This document shows, in pieces, positions 28,398-38,656 of a stretch of 64,000 nt of DNA; positions within the stretch are counted from its first letter, which is position 1; each line of letters opens with the position of its first letter. A program made the translations under genes and the position numbers. Origin of the DNA: Pseudomonadota bacterium (GTDB taxonomy: Bacteria > Pseudomonadota > Gammaproteobacteria > JAKAQQ01); the NCBI GenBank assembly GCA_021839245.1, contig JAKCBQ010000002.1:57671-121670 (forward strand), given 5' to 3'. The notes under the pieces are model-generated. The model was not told where the DNA came from. It ran no database searches and saw only the letters and a list, made by a program, of their open reading frames with translations.

Positions 28398-29260
28398 GCA
28401 AAAGGAGCAGAAGGTCCGTCGGGTTCGTGCTCCAGGCGCTCCGCCCACTCCTGCGCGTTCCTCCTCTTCTCGTGTGGGCGGTGATGGGCGCCCCGCTCTC
28501 CCTCCGGGCGGCGACCGTCCGCGGCACGCCGGAGCACCGCAACCGCGTCCGGGCACGGATCACCCGGATCTGGATGCGCGGTCTTCTCCTCATTCTTGGG
28601 ATTCGCGTGCGTACACGGGGCGTCGAGACCCTTCCCGCCGGGGCGCTCCTCGCCGCCAACCATCTGTCCTGGCTCGACATCCTCGTTCTTTCGGCCGCCA
28701 CCGGGAGCACGTTCGTCTCGAAAGCCGAAGTCGCGTCGTGGCCCGTCCTCGGGGCCTTCGCCCGTGCCGGCGGCACGGTCTTCGTCCGCCGCGGCGACGG
28801 GCGGAGTGCGGTTCTCGTGCGTGAGGCCATGGCGGCCCACCTGCGGGCCGGCGGCCGACTGGTCTTTTTCCCGGAAGGGACGACGGGCGACGGACGGGCG
28901 ATCCGGCACTTTCGCCCCCGCCTCTTTGCGGCCGCGCTCGAGGCGGGGGTCCCCGTCTCTGCGGTGGCGCTCCATTACCGTACGCGCGGCGGCGAGAGTT
29001 GCGTGTCCGAAATCGCCTTTGTGGGTGAGGAGACGATCGTGGCCAATCTCTTCAAGCTTCTCGCCCGCCCGCGGCTCGACGCCGAAGTGGTGGTCGGCCC
29101 CGCCCATCGGCCCACGTCCGGGGAGGATCCCCGCGCCCTCGCCGCGGCCGCGGAGGCCTTCGTGCGCGCGGCCTACTCCCGCCTTCAGACGGGCGGCGCC
29201 CTCCCGCCCGGGGAGGAGCTCTTGGCTCTCGGAGATTTCCAGGAGGCGCCCGAATCGTGA
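28394..29260 (+). CDS. olsA: OlsA-type lyso-aminolipid O-acyltransferase (PlsC / 1-acylglycerol-3-phosphate acyltransferase family)
   Basis: HxxxxD motif NHLSWLD and the FPEGT block. ATG at 28394 overlaps the olsB-like stop (ATGA). Confidence 0.7.
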   Translation: MSKRSRRSVGFVLQALRPLLRVPPLLVWAVMGAPLSLRAATVRGTPEHRNRVRARITRIWMRGLLLILGIRVRTRGVETLPAGALLAANHLSWLDILVLSAATGSTFVSKAEVASWPVLGAFARAGGTVFVRRGDGRSAVLVREAMAAHLRAGGRLVFFPEGTTGDGRAIRHFRPRLFAAALEAGVPVSAVALHYRTRGGESCVSEIAFVGEETIVANLFKLLARPRLDAEVVVGPAHRPTSGEDPRALAAAAEAFVRAAYSRLQTGGALPPGEELLALGDFQEAPES

Positions 29261-30006
29261 CCGACGTCTACCCGCTCGATCAACACATCTCGCGCGACTA
29301 CAACACCGAAATCGTGGCGCTCCGGCGGCGGCTTCTCACGATGGGCGGGCTCGTCGAGAAACACATCGCCGACGCGCTCGCCGTGCTCCGCGAGGGCGAC
29401 AGCGCCCTCGCCGAACGGCTCAACCAATCCGACCAGGAGGTCAACGCCTGCGAAGTCGAGATCGACGAAGCGGTGAACCACATCCTCGCCCGGCGCCAGC
29501 CGGCGGCGAGCGATCTCAGGCTCGTCTTCGCGATCCTCAAGACCAGCACGGACCTCGAGCGTGTCGGCGACGAGGCGGCCAAGATCGCGCGGCTCTTTCT
29601 TGCGATGCCGGTGCAGGAACGCGAAGTCTCGCGTCTCAAGGATCTCATGCGTCTCGGCGAGGCGGTCCAGGACATGATGCACCGCACGCTCGACGCGTTT
29701 GCGCGTTTTGACGCCGCCCGGGCTCTCGCGATCACGCGTGAGGACCACCGCATCGACGCCGACTACGAGGCCTTCCTGCGCCAGTCGATCACCTACATGA
29801 TGGAAGATCCGCGCACGATTCGTCGCTTTCTCAACGCGATCTGGATCGCCCGCGCGATCGAGCGCATGGGCGACCACGCCAAGAACATCTGCGAATACGT
29901 GATCTATTTCGTCCACGGGAAAGACGTCCGGCACACGAGTCCCGAAAAAATGGCCCAGGTCGTCGACACCCCATCTCCGCCCGCCCGCCCGGAGTCGCTC
30001 TCATGA
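29257..30006 (+). CDS. phoU: Phosphate signalling complex protein PhoU
   Basis: 249 aa with two PhoU repeats (..RRQPAASDLRLVFAILKTSTDLERVGDEA.. and ..IWIARAIERMGDHAKNICE..). AGGAGG RBS. GTGA overlap with the olsA-like gene. Confidence 0.9.
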   Translation: MTDVYPLDQHISRDYNTEIVALRRRLLTMGGLVEKHIADALAVLREGDSALAERLNQSDQEVNACEVEIDEAVNHILARRQPAASDLRLVFAILKTSTDLERVGDEAAKIARLFLAMPVQEREVSRLKDLMRLGEAVQDMMHRTLDAFARFDAARALAITREDHRIDADYEAFLRQSITYMMEDPRTIRRFLNAIWIARAIERMGDHAKNICEYVIYFVHGKDVRHTSPEKMAQVVDTPSPPARPESLS

Positions 30007-30488
30007 AACGCACCGCCAATCTCCTCGGTTTCCTGATCGTCGTCGCGATCTTCCTCTTCGTTCTCTACACCCAGTACGTCGAACACTACCAGCCCTGCCC
30101 GCTCTGTCTTCTCCAGCGGGCGTTTCTGCTCCTGCTCGGTGTCGGGTTCCTCGCCGCGGCGCTGGTCCGCGGCGGACGCTGGACGTCGCGCTTCTGGGCG
30201 CTGATTCTCTTCGTCTTCGCCGCCCTCGGCCTCACGGTGGCCTTGCGTCAGATCTGGCTCCAGTATTTCGCCCCACCCCAGCTCGCCTCCTGCGGGGCGC
30301 ATCTCGATTGGATGCTCCGCCACCTCCCCTTTACCGAAACGCTCGAACTCGTCTTCCGCGGAAGCGGCAATTGCGCCGCGATCAACTGGACGTTCGAGGG
30401 TCTCAGCATGCCGGTCTGGTCGGCCATCGCCTTCGTCCTCCTCGGGGCTTGGGGGGCCTGGGTCAACCTCCGCGCGGCGCGGCGCTGA
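30003..30488 (+). CDS. dsbB: Disulfide bond formation protein DsbB
   Basis: 161 aa with four TM segments. First periplasmic loop CPLCLLQR and a second Cys pair (SCGAHLDW..GNCAAINW). ATGA overlap with phoU. Confidence 0.85.
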   Translation: MKRTANLLGFLIVVAIFLFVLYTQYVEHYQPCPLCLLQRAFLLLLGVGFLAAALVRGGRWTSRFWALILFVFAALGLTVALRQIWLQYFAPPQLASCGAHLDWMLRHLPFTETLELVFRGSGNCAAINWTFEGLSMPVWSAIAFVLLGAWGAWVNLRAARR

Positions 30489-30506
30489 AGGGGAGCGGGC
30501 GGGCCC

Positions 30507-31664
30507 TCACCCCGTTCCTGCGGCGGTGAAGAATCGTTCGATCACGGCGCCGTAGAGGGCGCGCAGTTCCTCGAGCTCATCGACACCCACCCGCTCGTCC
30601 GCTTCGTGGATCCCCGAGCCGCGCAAACCGAGTTCGACGACCTCGGCCCCGTGTTCGGCGAAGAAACGCCCGTCGGAAGTCCCCCCGTCGGCCGTCTCCT
30701 CGGCCGGCCTCTCGCGGTGGAGGCGGCAGGCCTCGAGGACCGCGGCGCGGAGGGGGCCCCGGCCGGAGAGGTAGGGACGGGCGCCCTCACGCCACTCGAG
30801 ACGGAAGGGAAGGGAACAGACGTCCCCGATCCGGTTCTCCATGCGTCGGCGGGGATCCTCGTTCGCGGCCGCCGGTCCGTAACGGAGGTTGAAGACGAGG
30901 TGGGCCTCGCTCGGGGTGACGTTGCTCACGCCGCCGGAGGCCTCGAGGCGGCTCACCTGGAACGTCGCCCGCGGGAAGGGGGTCGGTTCCTCCGGCCAGG
31001 CGAGCGAGGCGAGCGTGTCCACGACACGGACCAGGGAGGCCACGGGATTGGTCGCGTAGGGGGCGTAGGCCACGTGCCCGCTTCGCCCGAGGATGGTGAG
31101 ACGTCCGGTGAGCGAGCCGCGTCGGCCGATGCGGATCGTATCGCCGATCCGTTCCCGGCTGGAGGGTTCGCCGACGAGGACGTGGTCGATGCGGACCCCC
31201 TCGGCCGCGAGGTCCGCGAGCGCCCGCCGGGTGCCGTTCTCGGCGGGACCTTCCTCGTCGCTCGTCACGAGGAACGCGAGGCGTCCCGGATGTTCGGGTC
31301 GGCGCGCCACGAAGTCCACCGCGGCTGCGGCAAAAGCCGCGATCCCTCCCTTCATGTCGGCCGCTCCGCGACCGTAGAGCACACCGTCGCGGACCGTCCC
31401 CTCGAAGGGGGGGCAAGACCAGTTTTCCACGGGCCCGGGCGGCACGACGTCCGTGTGCCCGGCGAAACAGAGGAGCGGCCCTCCGCGGCCGTGCTCGGCC
31501 CAGAGGTTGCGCACGGGCGGATGGTCGAGGCGCCGGATCCGGAAACCCTGCGTCTCGAGGGTCTCGGCCAGGAGGTCCTGGCAGCCGGCGTCGTCGGGCG
31601 TGACGGACGCGCGGCGGAGGAGTGCGCGGGCGAGAGCGACGGTGGGGGAATCGCCGACCGTCAC
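30507..31664 (-). CDS. dapE: Succinyl-diaminopimelate desuccinylase DapE
   Basis: M20 peptidase motifs [14 protein letters not shown] and [15 protein letters not shown]. Start set to GTG 31664, overlapping the dapD stop (GTGA). Confidence 0.9.
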   Translation of the reverse strand: MTVGDSPTVALARALLRRASVTPDDAGCQDLLAETLETQGFRIRRLDHPPVRNLWAEHGRGGPLLCFAGHTDVVPPGPVENWSCPPFEGTVRDGVLYGRGAADMKGGIAAFAAAAVDFVARRPEHPGRLAFLVTSDEEGPAENGTRRALADLAAEGVRIDHVLVGEPSSRERIGDTIRIGRRGSLTGRLTILGRSGHVAYAPYATNPVASLVRVVDTLASLAWPEEPTPFPRATFQVSRLEASGGVSNVTPSEAHLVFNLRYGPAAANEDPRRRMENRIGDVCSLPFRLEWREGARPYLSGRGPLRAAVLEACRLHRERPAEETADGGTSDGRFFAEHGAEVVELGLRGSGIHEADERVGVDELEELRALYGAVIERFFTAAGTG

Positions 31665-32476
31665 GTGCGCAGGAGTTCGTTGATCGCGGTCCGCTCGCGT
31701 GTTTTGGCGTCGACCCTCTTCACGATCACGGCGCAGGCGAGCTGGCAACCGCCGGTGGAGGGGAGCGTCCCGGGGACGACGACCGCGTACTCGGGAATCT
31801 CCCCGTAGCTCACCGTGCCCGTCGCCCGGTCATAGATCTTGGTGCTGGCGCCGAGGAAGACGCCCATGCCGACGACCGCCCCGCGCCGCACCCGAACGCC
31901 GTCGACGATCTCGGAGCGGGCGCCGATGAAGCAGTCGTCCTCGACGATGACCGGACGGGCCTGGAGCGGTTCGAGCACCCCGCCGATGCCGACGCCGCCG
32001 GAGAGGTGGACACGGGCGCCGATCTGGGCACAGGAGCCGACGGTGGCCCAGGTGTCGACGAGGGTTGCCTCGCCGATGTGGGCGCCGATGTTGATGTAGG
32101 AGGGCATGAGCACCGCGCGTGCCCCGATGTACGCTCCGCGGCGGACGATGGCCGGAGGGACCAGTCGGATCCCGCGTCCGGCGAGGCGGTGGACACCGTC
32201 CGGGGTGATCTGGAGGTCGATCTTGTCGTGCCAGCTCCACCCTCCGAGCTCGAGCGGGCGGGCCGGCCGCGTGCGGAACAGGAGGAGGATCGCCGCGCGG
32301 AGCCAGCCGTCGACCACCCAGCCCGTGGGCGTCGGGCGGGCCACCCGGAGGCGTCCGTCTTCGAGTCCCTCGAGGACGTGATCGAGTGCGGAGGCCAGTT
32401 CCTCCTGCCCGTCCGCCGCCTCGGGGAAGCTTCGTGTCGCCTCCTCGATCAGGCCGCGCGCGCGTTCGTCGTCCAT
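31661..32476 (-). CDS. dapD: 2,3,4,5-tetrahydropyridine-2,6-dicarboxylate N-succinyltransferase DapD
   Basis: 271 aa. Hexapeptide-repeat left-handed beta-helix (..[53 protein letters not shown]..). Confidence 0.92.
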   Translation of the reverse strand: MDDERARGLIEEATRSFPEAADGQEELASALDHVLEGLEDGRLRVARPTPTGWVVDGWLRAAILLLFRTRPARPLELGGWSWHDKIDLQITPDGVHRLAGRGIRLVPPAIVRRGAYIGARAVLMPSYINIGAHIGEATLVDTWATVGSCAQIGARVHLSGGVGIGGVLEPLQARPVIVEDDCFIGARSEIVDGVRVRRGAVVGMGVFLGASTKIYDRATGTVSYGEIPEYAVVVPGTLPSTGGCQLACAVIVKRVDAKTRERTAINELLRT

Positions 32477-33684
32477 TCCGGGTGATGCTCAAGAAAACGC
32501 GAGAGACGCTCGGCGAGATCCCGCGTGCGTGCGAGGTCGCTCACGAGCGACACGCGCAGATGGCCCACACCGGGATCGCCCGTCGGGGTCGGCCGCGAAA
32601 GGTAGGAGCCGGGGAGCACGAGCAGGTGTTCCTCACGGTAGAGGGCGCGCGTGATCTCCTCGGCATCGCCCGCGACCCGCCACCAGAAATAGAACCCTCC
32701 CTCGGGGAGGCGGACCTCCGTCCGGCTCCCGATCCGCTTCGCCAGGAGCGCGAACTTCTCGCGATAGAGCGCGCGGTTCTCGCGCACGTGTTCTTCGTCG
32801 CTCCAGGCGAAGGTGCTCGCCGCCTGAAGAGGCGGGGGCATCGCAACCCCGTGGTAGGTGCGGTAGCGGCCGAGGGGCGCGATGAGCGCAGGGTCGCCGG
32901 CGATGAAACCCGAACGCAACCCCGGGACGCTCGAGCGTTTCGAGAGCGAGTGGACGACGAGGAGCCCGTGGTAGTCGTCCCGCCCGAGACGCAGGGCCGC
33001 CTCGAGAAGTCCCAGCGGCGGCGCCGCGGAAAAATAGATCTCGCTGTAGCATTCATCCGCGACGATGGGAAAACCGTAGCGGTCGGATTTCTCGAGGAGG
33101 AAACGGTAGGTCTCGAGATCGTGGGTGATCCCGGTCGGATTGGCGGGCGAGCAGACGAGGAGCAGGCGGCAGCGTGCCCAGACGTCGTCGGGGACCGCCC
33201 GCCAGTCGGGCTGGTAGCCGCGCCGGGCCTCCTCGTTGATGTGGTAGGGGGCGGCTCCGGCGAGAAGCGCCGCCCCTTCGTAGATCTGGTAGAAAGGGTT
33301 GGGCATGACGACGAGGGCGCGCGCGTCGCCGGGGTCGACCAGAGCCTGAACGATGGAGAAGAGTCCTTCGCGCGTTCCGCACACCGGAAGCACGTGACGT
33401 TCGGGATCGAGCGGATGCGCTTCGAGGCCGAAGCGGCGCGTGGCCCACGAAGCGCAGGCCGTGCGGAGCTCGGGTTCGCCGCGCGCGGTGGGATAGCGCC
33501 CGAGCCGGTCCGCGGCGGCGCGGAGCGTCTCGACGAGGGCGGAGGGGGGCGGGTGTTCGGGCTCGCCGATCGAGAGCCGCAGAAGCGGCCGATCGCGCGG
33601 GGGCTCGAGGTCGGAGACGAGTGCGGCCAGGCGCTCGAAAGGGTAGGGCTGGAGACGTTCGATGCGGGGGTTCAGGTGGATCAC
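32449..33684 (-). CDS. dapC: Succinyldiaminopimelate transaminase DapC (class I aminotransferase)
   Basis: N-terminus (M)[21 protein letters not shown] and [10 protein letters not shown] are typical of DapC. PLP-Lys region [14 protein letters not shown]. Lies directly upstream of dapD and dapE. Confidence 0.85.
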   Translation of the reverse strand: MIHLNPRIERLQPYPFERLAALVSDLEPPRDRPLLRLSIGEPEHPPPSALVETLRAAADRLGRYPTARGEPELRTACASWATRRFGLEAHPLDPERHVLPVCGTREGLFSIVQALVDPGDARALVVMPNPFYQIYEGAALLAGAAPYHINEEARRGYQPDWRAVPDDVWARCRLLLVCSPANPTGITHDLETYRFLLEKSDRYGFPIVADECYSEIYFSAAPPLGLLEAALRLGRDDYHGLLVVHSLSKRSSVPGLRSGFIAGDPALIAPLGRYRTYHGVAMPPPLQAASTFAWSDEEHVRENRALYREKFALLAKRIGSRTEVRLPEGGFYFWWRVAGDAEEITRALYREEHLLVLPGSYLSRPTPTGDPGVGHLRVSLVSDLARTRDLAERLSRFLEHHPEWTTNARAA

Positions 33685-33712
33685 GAGGGCAACCGCGGGT
33701 GGGGGCGGAGAA

Positions 33713-34480
33713 TCAGGGGACGCCGGAGGCGCCGAGGGTCAGGATTTCGTAACCCGTCTCGGTCACGGCCACGGTGTGTTCCCACTGGGCGGAGAGCGAG
33801 CGGTCGCGGGTGACGACGGTCCAACCGTCGGGCAGGGTCTTGACGTGCCGTCGGCCGGCGTTGATCATGGGTTCGACCGTGAAGACGAAGCCCGGGATGA
33901 GTTCGAGGCCCTCGCCGCGCCGTCCGTAGTGGAGGACCTGCGGTTCTTCGTGGAACCCCCGCCCGATGCCGTGCCCGCAGTACTCACGGACGACCGAGAA
34001 CCCCTCGGCCTCGACGTAAGTCTGAACGGTCTCCCCGATGTCGCCGAGATGCCCTCCGGGGCGGACGGCCTCGATGCCCAGGAGGAGGGCCCGGTGCGTG
34101 GTCTCGATCAGCCGACGGGCGAGGACACTGGGAGCCCCGGCCGTGTACATGCGGCTCGCGTCCCCGTGCCAGCCGTCCTTGATGACAGTGACGTCGATGT
34201 TGATGATGTCCCCCTCACGCAGGGTCTTCGCGCCGGGAATCCCGTGGCAGACCACGTGGTTCACGGACGTGCAGATCGATTTCGGGAACCCCCGGTAGTG
34301 GAGGGGAGCGGGCACGACCCCGAGCTCTTCGACCATGTAGCGGTGACAGATCCCGTCGAGTTCCTCGGTGCTCACGCCGGGGCGGACGTGCGGCTCGATC
34401 ATATCGAGGACACGGGCGGCGAGACGGCCGGCCACACGCATGGCGTCGATCTCACTCGGGGTTTTGGGTCGGACGGGCAT
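33713..34480 (-). CDS. map: Type I methionine aminopeptidase
   Basis: Start set to ATG 34480 (MPVRPKTPSEIDAMRVAG..), giving 255 aa. Metal ligands lie in INIDVTVIKDGWHGD, YCGHGIG and FTVEPM..WEHTV. Confidence 0.92.
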   Translation of the reverse strand: MPVRPKTPSEIDAMRVAGRLAARVLDMIEPHVRPGVSTEELDGICHRYMVEELGVVPAPLHYRGFPKSICTSVNHVVCHGIPGAKTLREGDIINIDVTVIKDGWHGDASRMYTAGAPSVLARRLIETTHRALLLGIEAVRPGGHLGDIGETVQTYVEAEGFSVVREYCGHGIGRGFHEEPQVLHYGRRGEGLELIPGFVFTVEPMINAGRRHVKTLPDGWTVVTRDRSLSAQWEHTVAVTETGYEILTLGASGVP

Positions 34481-34730
34481 CGCGTCTCGCAGGCGCTCGA
34501 AAGGGGGCCGCGGCGAAGGCGGGCCGGGACCGGGAGAGGCCGTTCCCTTCCCTTGGTATAGAATACACAAGCTGTGCGCAAAGGTTCGTCCTGCGTCCGG
34601 CCGGCGACGTCACCGCCCGCGCGGTTCGTTTCCGAACGACACACACGCATCGTCACGGCCCGTGGGGTGCCCCTCGGGGTCGCGGTGCCGGGATGCGTGG
34701 AGGCTCAACCCAACCGGAGTTTTTGCATCC

Positions 34731-35660
34731 ATGACCGAAATCACCATGCGTCGCATGCTCGAAGCGGGGGTCCATTTCGGACACCAGACCCGCTTCCGGC
34801 ACCCCAAGATGGCCCCCTACATCTTTGGGGAACGCAGCAAAATCCACATCGTCAACCTCGAAAAAACGTTGCCTCTTTTCCGGGCGGCGATCGAGTACCT
34901 CGAGCAGCTCGCGACCCGCGACGGCGTCATTCTGTTCGTCGGGACCAAGCGAGCGGCGCGCGAGGCCGTCGCCCGTGGGGCGCAGATGGCCGGCATGCCT
35001 TACGTCAACCACCGCTGGCTCGGGGGCACGCTCACCAACTTTGAGACCCTCCGTCAGTCTGTGCGCAAGCTTCAGGACCTCGAAGGGCGCCTCGACACGG
35101 ACGTCGAGCGGTTGCCGAAGAGCGAGATGGCGAAGCTCCTCCGTCAGCGGGAGAAACTCCGCCGCACGCTCGGCGGTCTCGTGACCATGGATCGCCTTCC
35201 CGACGCTCTCTTCGTCGTGGACGTCGGTCGCGAGAGCATCGCGGTCCACGAGGCCAAGCGTCTCAAGATTCCCGTGGTGGGTGTCGTCGACACGAACAAC
35301 TCTCCCGACGGGGTGGACTACATGATTCCGGGCAACGACGACGCCATGAGCGCCATCGAGCTCTACGTCCAGGCCGCGGCCGAAGCCATCGCCACGGGTC
35401 GCGCCCGCCGCGGGCCGGAGGGCGAGGGCACCGAAGAGTTCGTCGAGATGCCGGCGCAGGAACGCCCCAAGGCGCCCCCCCGCCGCCGTTCGGGAGGGCG
35501 AACGACCGGCTCGCGGCGCGCGCCGGCGAGTCCTCCCTCCCCGCCGGAGGAGACCGCGGCCACGGCCGAGACGAGTGATGCCGAGCCCACCGCTGCTCCG
35601 CGCGCTCGCGCCCGCACGCCCCGCCCGCGGCGGGCGGAGAGCGGTGGAGACAGCGAATGA
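34731..35660 (+). CDS. rpsB: 30S ribosomal protein S2 with a low-complexity C-terminal extension
   Basis: MTEITMRRMLEAGVHFGHQTRFRHPKM.. is the canonical S2 N-terminus. At 309 aa it is longer than E. coli S2 (~241 aa) because of a P/A/R/E-rich tail. Confidence 0.95.
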   Translation: MTEITMRRMLEAGVHFGHQTRFRHPKMAPYIFGERSKIHIVNLEKTLPLFRAAIEYLEQLATRDGVILFVGTKRAAREAVARGAQMAGMPYVNHRWLGGTLTNFETLRQSVRKLQDLEGRLDTDVERLPKSEMAKLLRQREKLRRTLGGLVTMDRLPDALFVVDVGRESIAVHEAKRLKIPVVGVVDTNNSPDGVDYMIPGNDDAMSAIELYVQAAAEAIATGRARRGPEGEGTEEFVEMPAQERPKAPPRRRSGGRTTGSRRAPASPPSPPEETAATAETSDAEPTAAPRARARTPRPRRAESGGDSE

Positions 35661-35691
35661 ACCGCGTCATGAACGGCATGAGGAAAGACAC

Positions 35692-36567
35692 GTGACAGAG
35701 ATTCGAGCGAACCTGGTCAAGGAACTGCGCGAGCGCACCGGTGCGGGCATGATGGAGTGCAAGCAAGCCTTGGTGCGGACGGGCGGAGATCTCGAGGCGG
35801 CGATCGAGGATCTGCGCACCTCGGGGATGGCCAAAGCGGACAAGAAAGCGGGGCGGCAGGCGGCCGAAGGGCGCATCGCCGCGGGTCGGGCGGGCGAGAC
35901 CCTGGCCCTCGTCGAGGTCAATTGCGAGACCGATTTCGTGGGCAAGGACGAGCACTTCGCCGCCTTCGCCGATCGCCTGGCCGAGCTGGCCGCCGCGCGT
36001 GGGGTGACGGACGTCGCGGCCCTAGCGGCTCTTCCTTGGCCTGACGGTGGGACGGTCGAGGACGCGCGCCGTCTTCTCGTTTCGCGACTCGGCGAGAACA
36101 TCAGCGTGCGCCGTCTGAGTTTGAGTCGCTGGAGCCGCGGACCGCACGACGTCTATCTCCACGGCCACAGAATCGGGGTCCTCGTCGAGCTCACGGGCGG
36201 CGACGAGACTCTCGCCCACGACATCGCCATGCACGTCGCCGCCGCACGTCCGGTCTGTGTGCGGGCGGAGGATGTGCCCGCCGAGCGGGTCGAAGCCGAG
36301 CGTCGCATCTTCTCGGCGCAGGCCGCGGAATCGGGCAAGCCCCCGGCGATCGTCCAGAAGATGGTCGAGGGCCGCGTGCACAAATTCCTCGCCGAGATCA
36401 CGCTTCTCGGCCAGCCCTTTGTCAAGGATCCGCAGACGAGCGTCGGCGATCTTCTCCGCGCCCGCGGGGCCGAGGTTCACGCCTTCGTTCGCCTGGAGCT
36501 CGGCGAAGGCCTCGAGCGGCACGCCAGCGATTTTGCCGAGGACGTGCGGGCGCAGCTCCGGTCATGA
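35692..36567 (+). CDS. tsf: Elongation factor Ts
   Basis: GTG at 35692 is preceded by AGGAAAG. (M)TEIRANLVKELRERTGAGMMECKQAL is the canonical EF-Ts UBA-like N-terminus. Confidence 0.95.
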   Translation: MTEIRANLVKELRERTGAGMMECKQALVRTGGDLEAAIEDLRTSGMAKADKKAGRQAAEGRIAAGRAGETLALVEVNCETDFVGKDEHFAAFADRLAELAAARGVTDVAALAALPWPDGGTVEDARRLLVSRLGENISVRRLSLSRWSRGPHDVYLHGHRIGVLVELTGGDETLAHDIAMHVAAARPVCVRAEDVPAERVEAERRIFSAQAAESGKPPAIVQKMVEGRVHKFLAEITLLGQPFVKDPQTSVGDLLRARGAEVHAFVRLELGEGLERHASDFAEDVRAQLRS

Positions 36568-36625
36568 ACGCCGCGCGGGGCCCTCGTTCCGCCCTCCGCC
36601 CGCTCGGGCTGCGCGGGGCGGGCCC

Positions 36626-37363
36626 GTGAGTCCAGAGCTCCGCTACCGGCGCATTCTGCTCAAGCTGAGTGGCGAGGCCTTTGCCGCAACGGCCGAGCAG
36701 GCGCTCGACTCGCGGCTTCTCACCGCGATGGCCGGGGAAATCGCCGAAACCGTGCGCCTGGGCGTCGAACTCGGGATCGTGGTCGGCGGCGGCAACATCA
36801 TCCGCGGCCGCGAGGAGCAGCAACGCGGGCTCGACCGCGTCACCCTTGACCAGATGGGCATGCTGGCCACGGTCATCAACGCCCTCGCTCTGCAGAATGC
36901 TCTCGAACAGAAGGGACTTACGGTCCGCGTCATGTCCGCGGTCCGCATCAACCAGGTCTGCGAGGATTTCATCCACCGCCGCGCTCTTCGCCATCTCGAG
37001 AAAGGTCGCGTGGTCGTCTTCGCCGGGGGCACCGGCAATCCCTTCTTCACCACCGACACGGCCGCGGCTCTGCGCGCCATCGAAATTCGCGCCCAGCTCG
37101 TCCTCAAGGCGACCAAAGTCGACGGCATCTACGACCACGACCCTGCGACCGACAAGCACGCGGCGCGCTACGACCGCCTCGACTACGACCGCATCCTGCG
37201 CGATCGTCTCGCGGTGATGGACGACACGGCCATCGTTCTCTGCCGCGACAACCGCATTCCCCTGCGCGTCTTCGATTTCCAGGTCCCCCACGCGCTGGCC
37301 GCGATCGCCCGTGGGGACGAGGACATCGGGACGTTCGTCGATTTCCAAGAGGAGCGGACATGA
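36626..37363 (+). CDS. pyrH: UMP kinase
   Basis: YRRILLKLSGEAF.., VVGGGNIIRG and VVFAGGTGNPFFTTDTAAALRA. Confidence 0.95.
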   Translation: MSPELRYRRILLKLSGEAFAATAEQALDSRLLTAMAGEIAETVRLGVELGIVVGGGNIIRGREEQQRGLDRVTLDQMGMLATVINALALQNALEQKGLTVRVMSAVRINQVCEDFIHRRALRHLEKGRVVVFAGGTGNPFFTTDTAAALRAIEIRAQLVLKATKVDGIYDHDPATDKHAARYDRLDYDRILRDRLAVMDDTAIVLCRDNRIPLRVFDFQVPHALAAIARGDEDIGTFVDFQEERT

Positions 37364-37917
37364 TTCCGGAACTCAAGCCATCCACCGAAGCCCGGATGCA
37401 GAAATCCTTGGCCGGCCTCAAGGACGCCTTCAGCAAAATCCGCACCGGCCGCGCGCACACGAGTCTTCTCGACCACGTCCGCGTCTCCTGCTACGGCCAG
37501 GATCTCCCGCTCCGCCAGGTGGCGACCGTCGCCGCCTCCGACGCCCGCACCCTGAGCGTCACGCTTTGGGACAAAAACCTCGTCGGCCCCACCGAAAAAG
37601 CTCTTCTCGCCGCCAATCTCGGGGTGACGCCGGTGACGGCGGGAACAACCATCCGGATCCCGCTTCCGCCGCTCACTCAGGAGCGACGCCTCGAGCTCGT
37701 GAAGCTGGTCCGCCAGGAGGCCGAGCAGGCGCGCGTCTCGATTCGCAACGTTCGCCGTGAGGCGCTCAACCGCCTCAAGCAGGGCCTCAAGGACAAGGAG
37801 ATCGGTGAGGACGAGGAGCGCCACGGAGCGACCATCGTCCAGCAGCTCACGGACGCTTACGTCGCTCAGGTCGACAAGGAGCTTGCGGCGAAAGAAGCCG
37901 AACTCATGGAAGTGTGA
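37360..37917 (+). CDS. frr: Ribosome recycling factor
   Basis: 185 aa. ..FSKIRTGRAHTSLLDHVRV..YG.. and ..IRNVRREA... ATGA overlap with pyrH. Confidence 0.95.
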   Translation: MIPELKPSTEARMQKSLAGLKDAFSKIRTGRAHTSLLDHVRVSCYGQDLPLRQVATVAASDARTLSVTLWDKNLVGPTEKALLAANLGVTPVTAGTTIRIPLPPLTQERRLELVKLVRQEAEQARVSIRNVRREALNRLKQGLKDKEIGEDEERHGATIVQQLTDAYVAQVDKELAAKEAELMEV

Positions 37918-38651
37918 CGGTGGGTGAAGGCCCCCTTTCCCCGCGGCACGTGGCCGTCATCATGGACGGCAACGGCCGCTGGGCCGCCGTCCGGGGGCTT
38001 CCCCGTAGCGCCGGGCACCGGCGGGGGTTCGAGGCCGCCCGACGGCTCGTCGAGGACGCGCTTCGCCGCGGCGTCGAGGTGCTCACCCTTTACGCTTTCT
38101 CCACCGAGAACTGGGAGCGCCCGCGTGCCGAGGTCGAGGTCCTCCTCGACCTCTTTGCCGACGTGCTCGCACGCGAAGAGGAGCGTTTCGACGAAGAACG
38201 GCTTCGTCTCCGGTTCCTCGGTCGTCTCGAGCGGTTTCCCGATGCACTCGTCGACGCCATGCGTCGCGTCGAGCGGCGGACGGCGGCTCACGACCGCATG
38301 ACGATCCAGGTGGGTGTGAACTACGGCGGGCGGGCCGACATCGTCCAAGCCGCGCGGCGCCTGGCCGAGCGGGTCCGCGCGGGGGAACTCGCGCCCGAGG
38401 CCATCGACGAACGTCTCTTTGCCGATCAGCTCTTCACGGGGGGCCTTTCCGATCCCGATCTTCTCATCCGCACCGGCAACGAGCTCCGCTTGAGCAACTT
38501 CCTCCTCTGGAACCTCGCCTACACGGAACTCTATTTCACCGAGACTCTGTGGCCGGATTTCTCGAGCGAAGAGTTCGAGCGCGCGTTGGTCGCTTTCGAG
38601 GGGAGAGAGCGCCGCTACGGTCGGGTGACGGCCGATCCGGTGGAGGCTTAG
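37914..38651 (+). CDS. uppS: Undecaprenyl diphosphate synthase (isoprenyl transferase)
   Basis: HVAVIMDGNGRWA, TLYAFSTENWERP and LIRTGNELRLSNFLLWNLAYTELYF. Confidence 0.95.
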   Translation: MTVGEGPLSPRHVAVIMDGNGRWAAVRGLPRSAGHRRGFEAARRLVEDALRRGVEVLTLYAFSTENWERPRAEVEVLLDLFADVLAREEERFDEERLRLRFLGRLERFPDALVDAMRRVERRTAAHDRMTIQVGVNYGGRADIVQAARRLAERVRAGELAPEAIDERLFADQLFTGGLSDPDLLIRTGNELRLSNFLLWNLAYTELYFTETLWPDFSSEEFERALVAFEGRERRYGRVTADPVEA

Positions 38652-38656
38652 GACCC

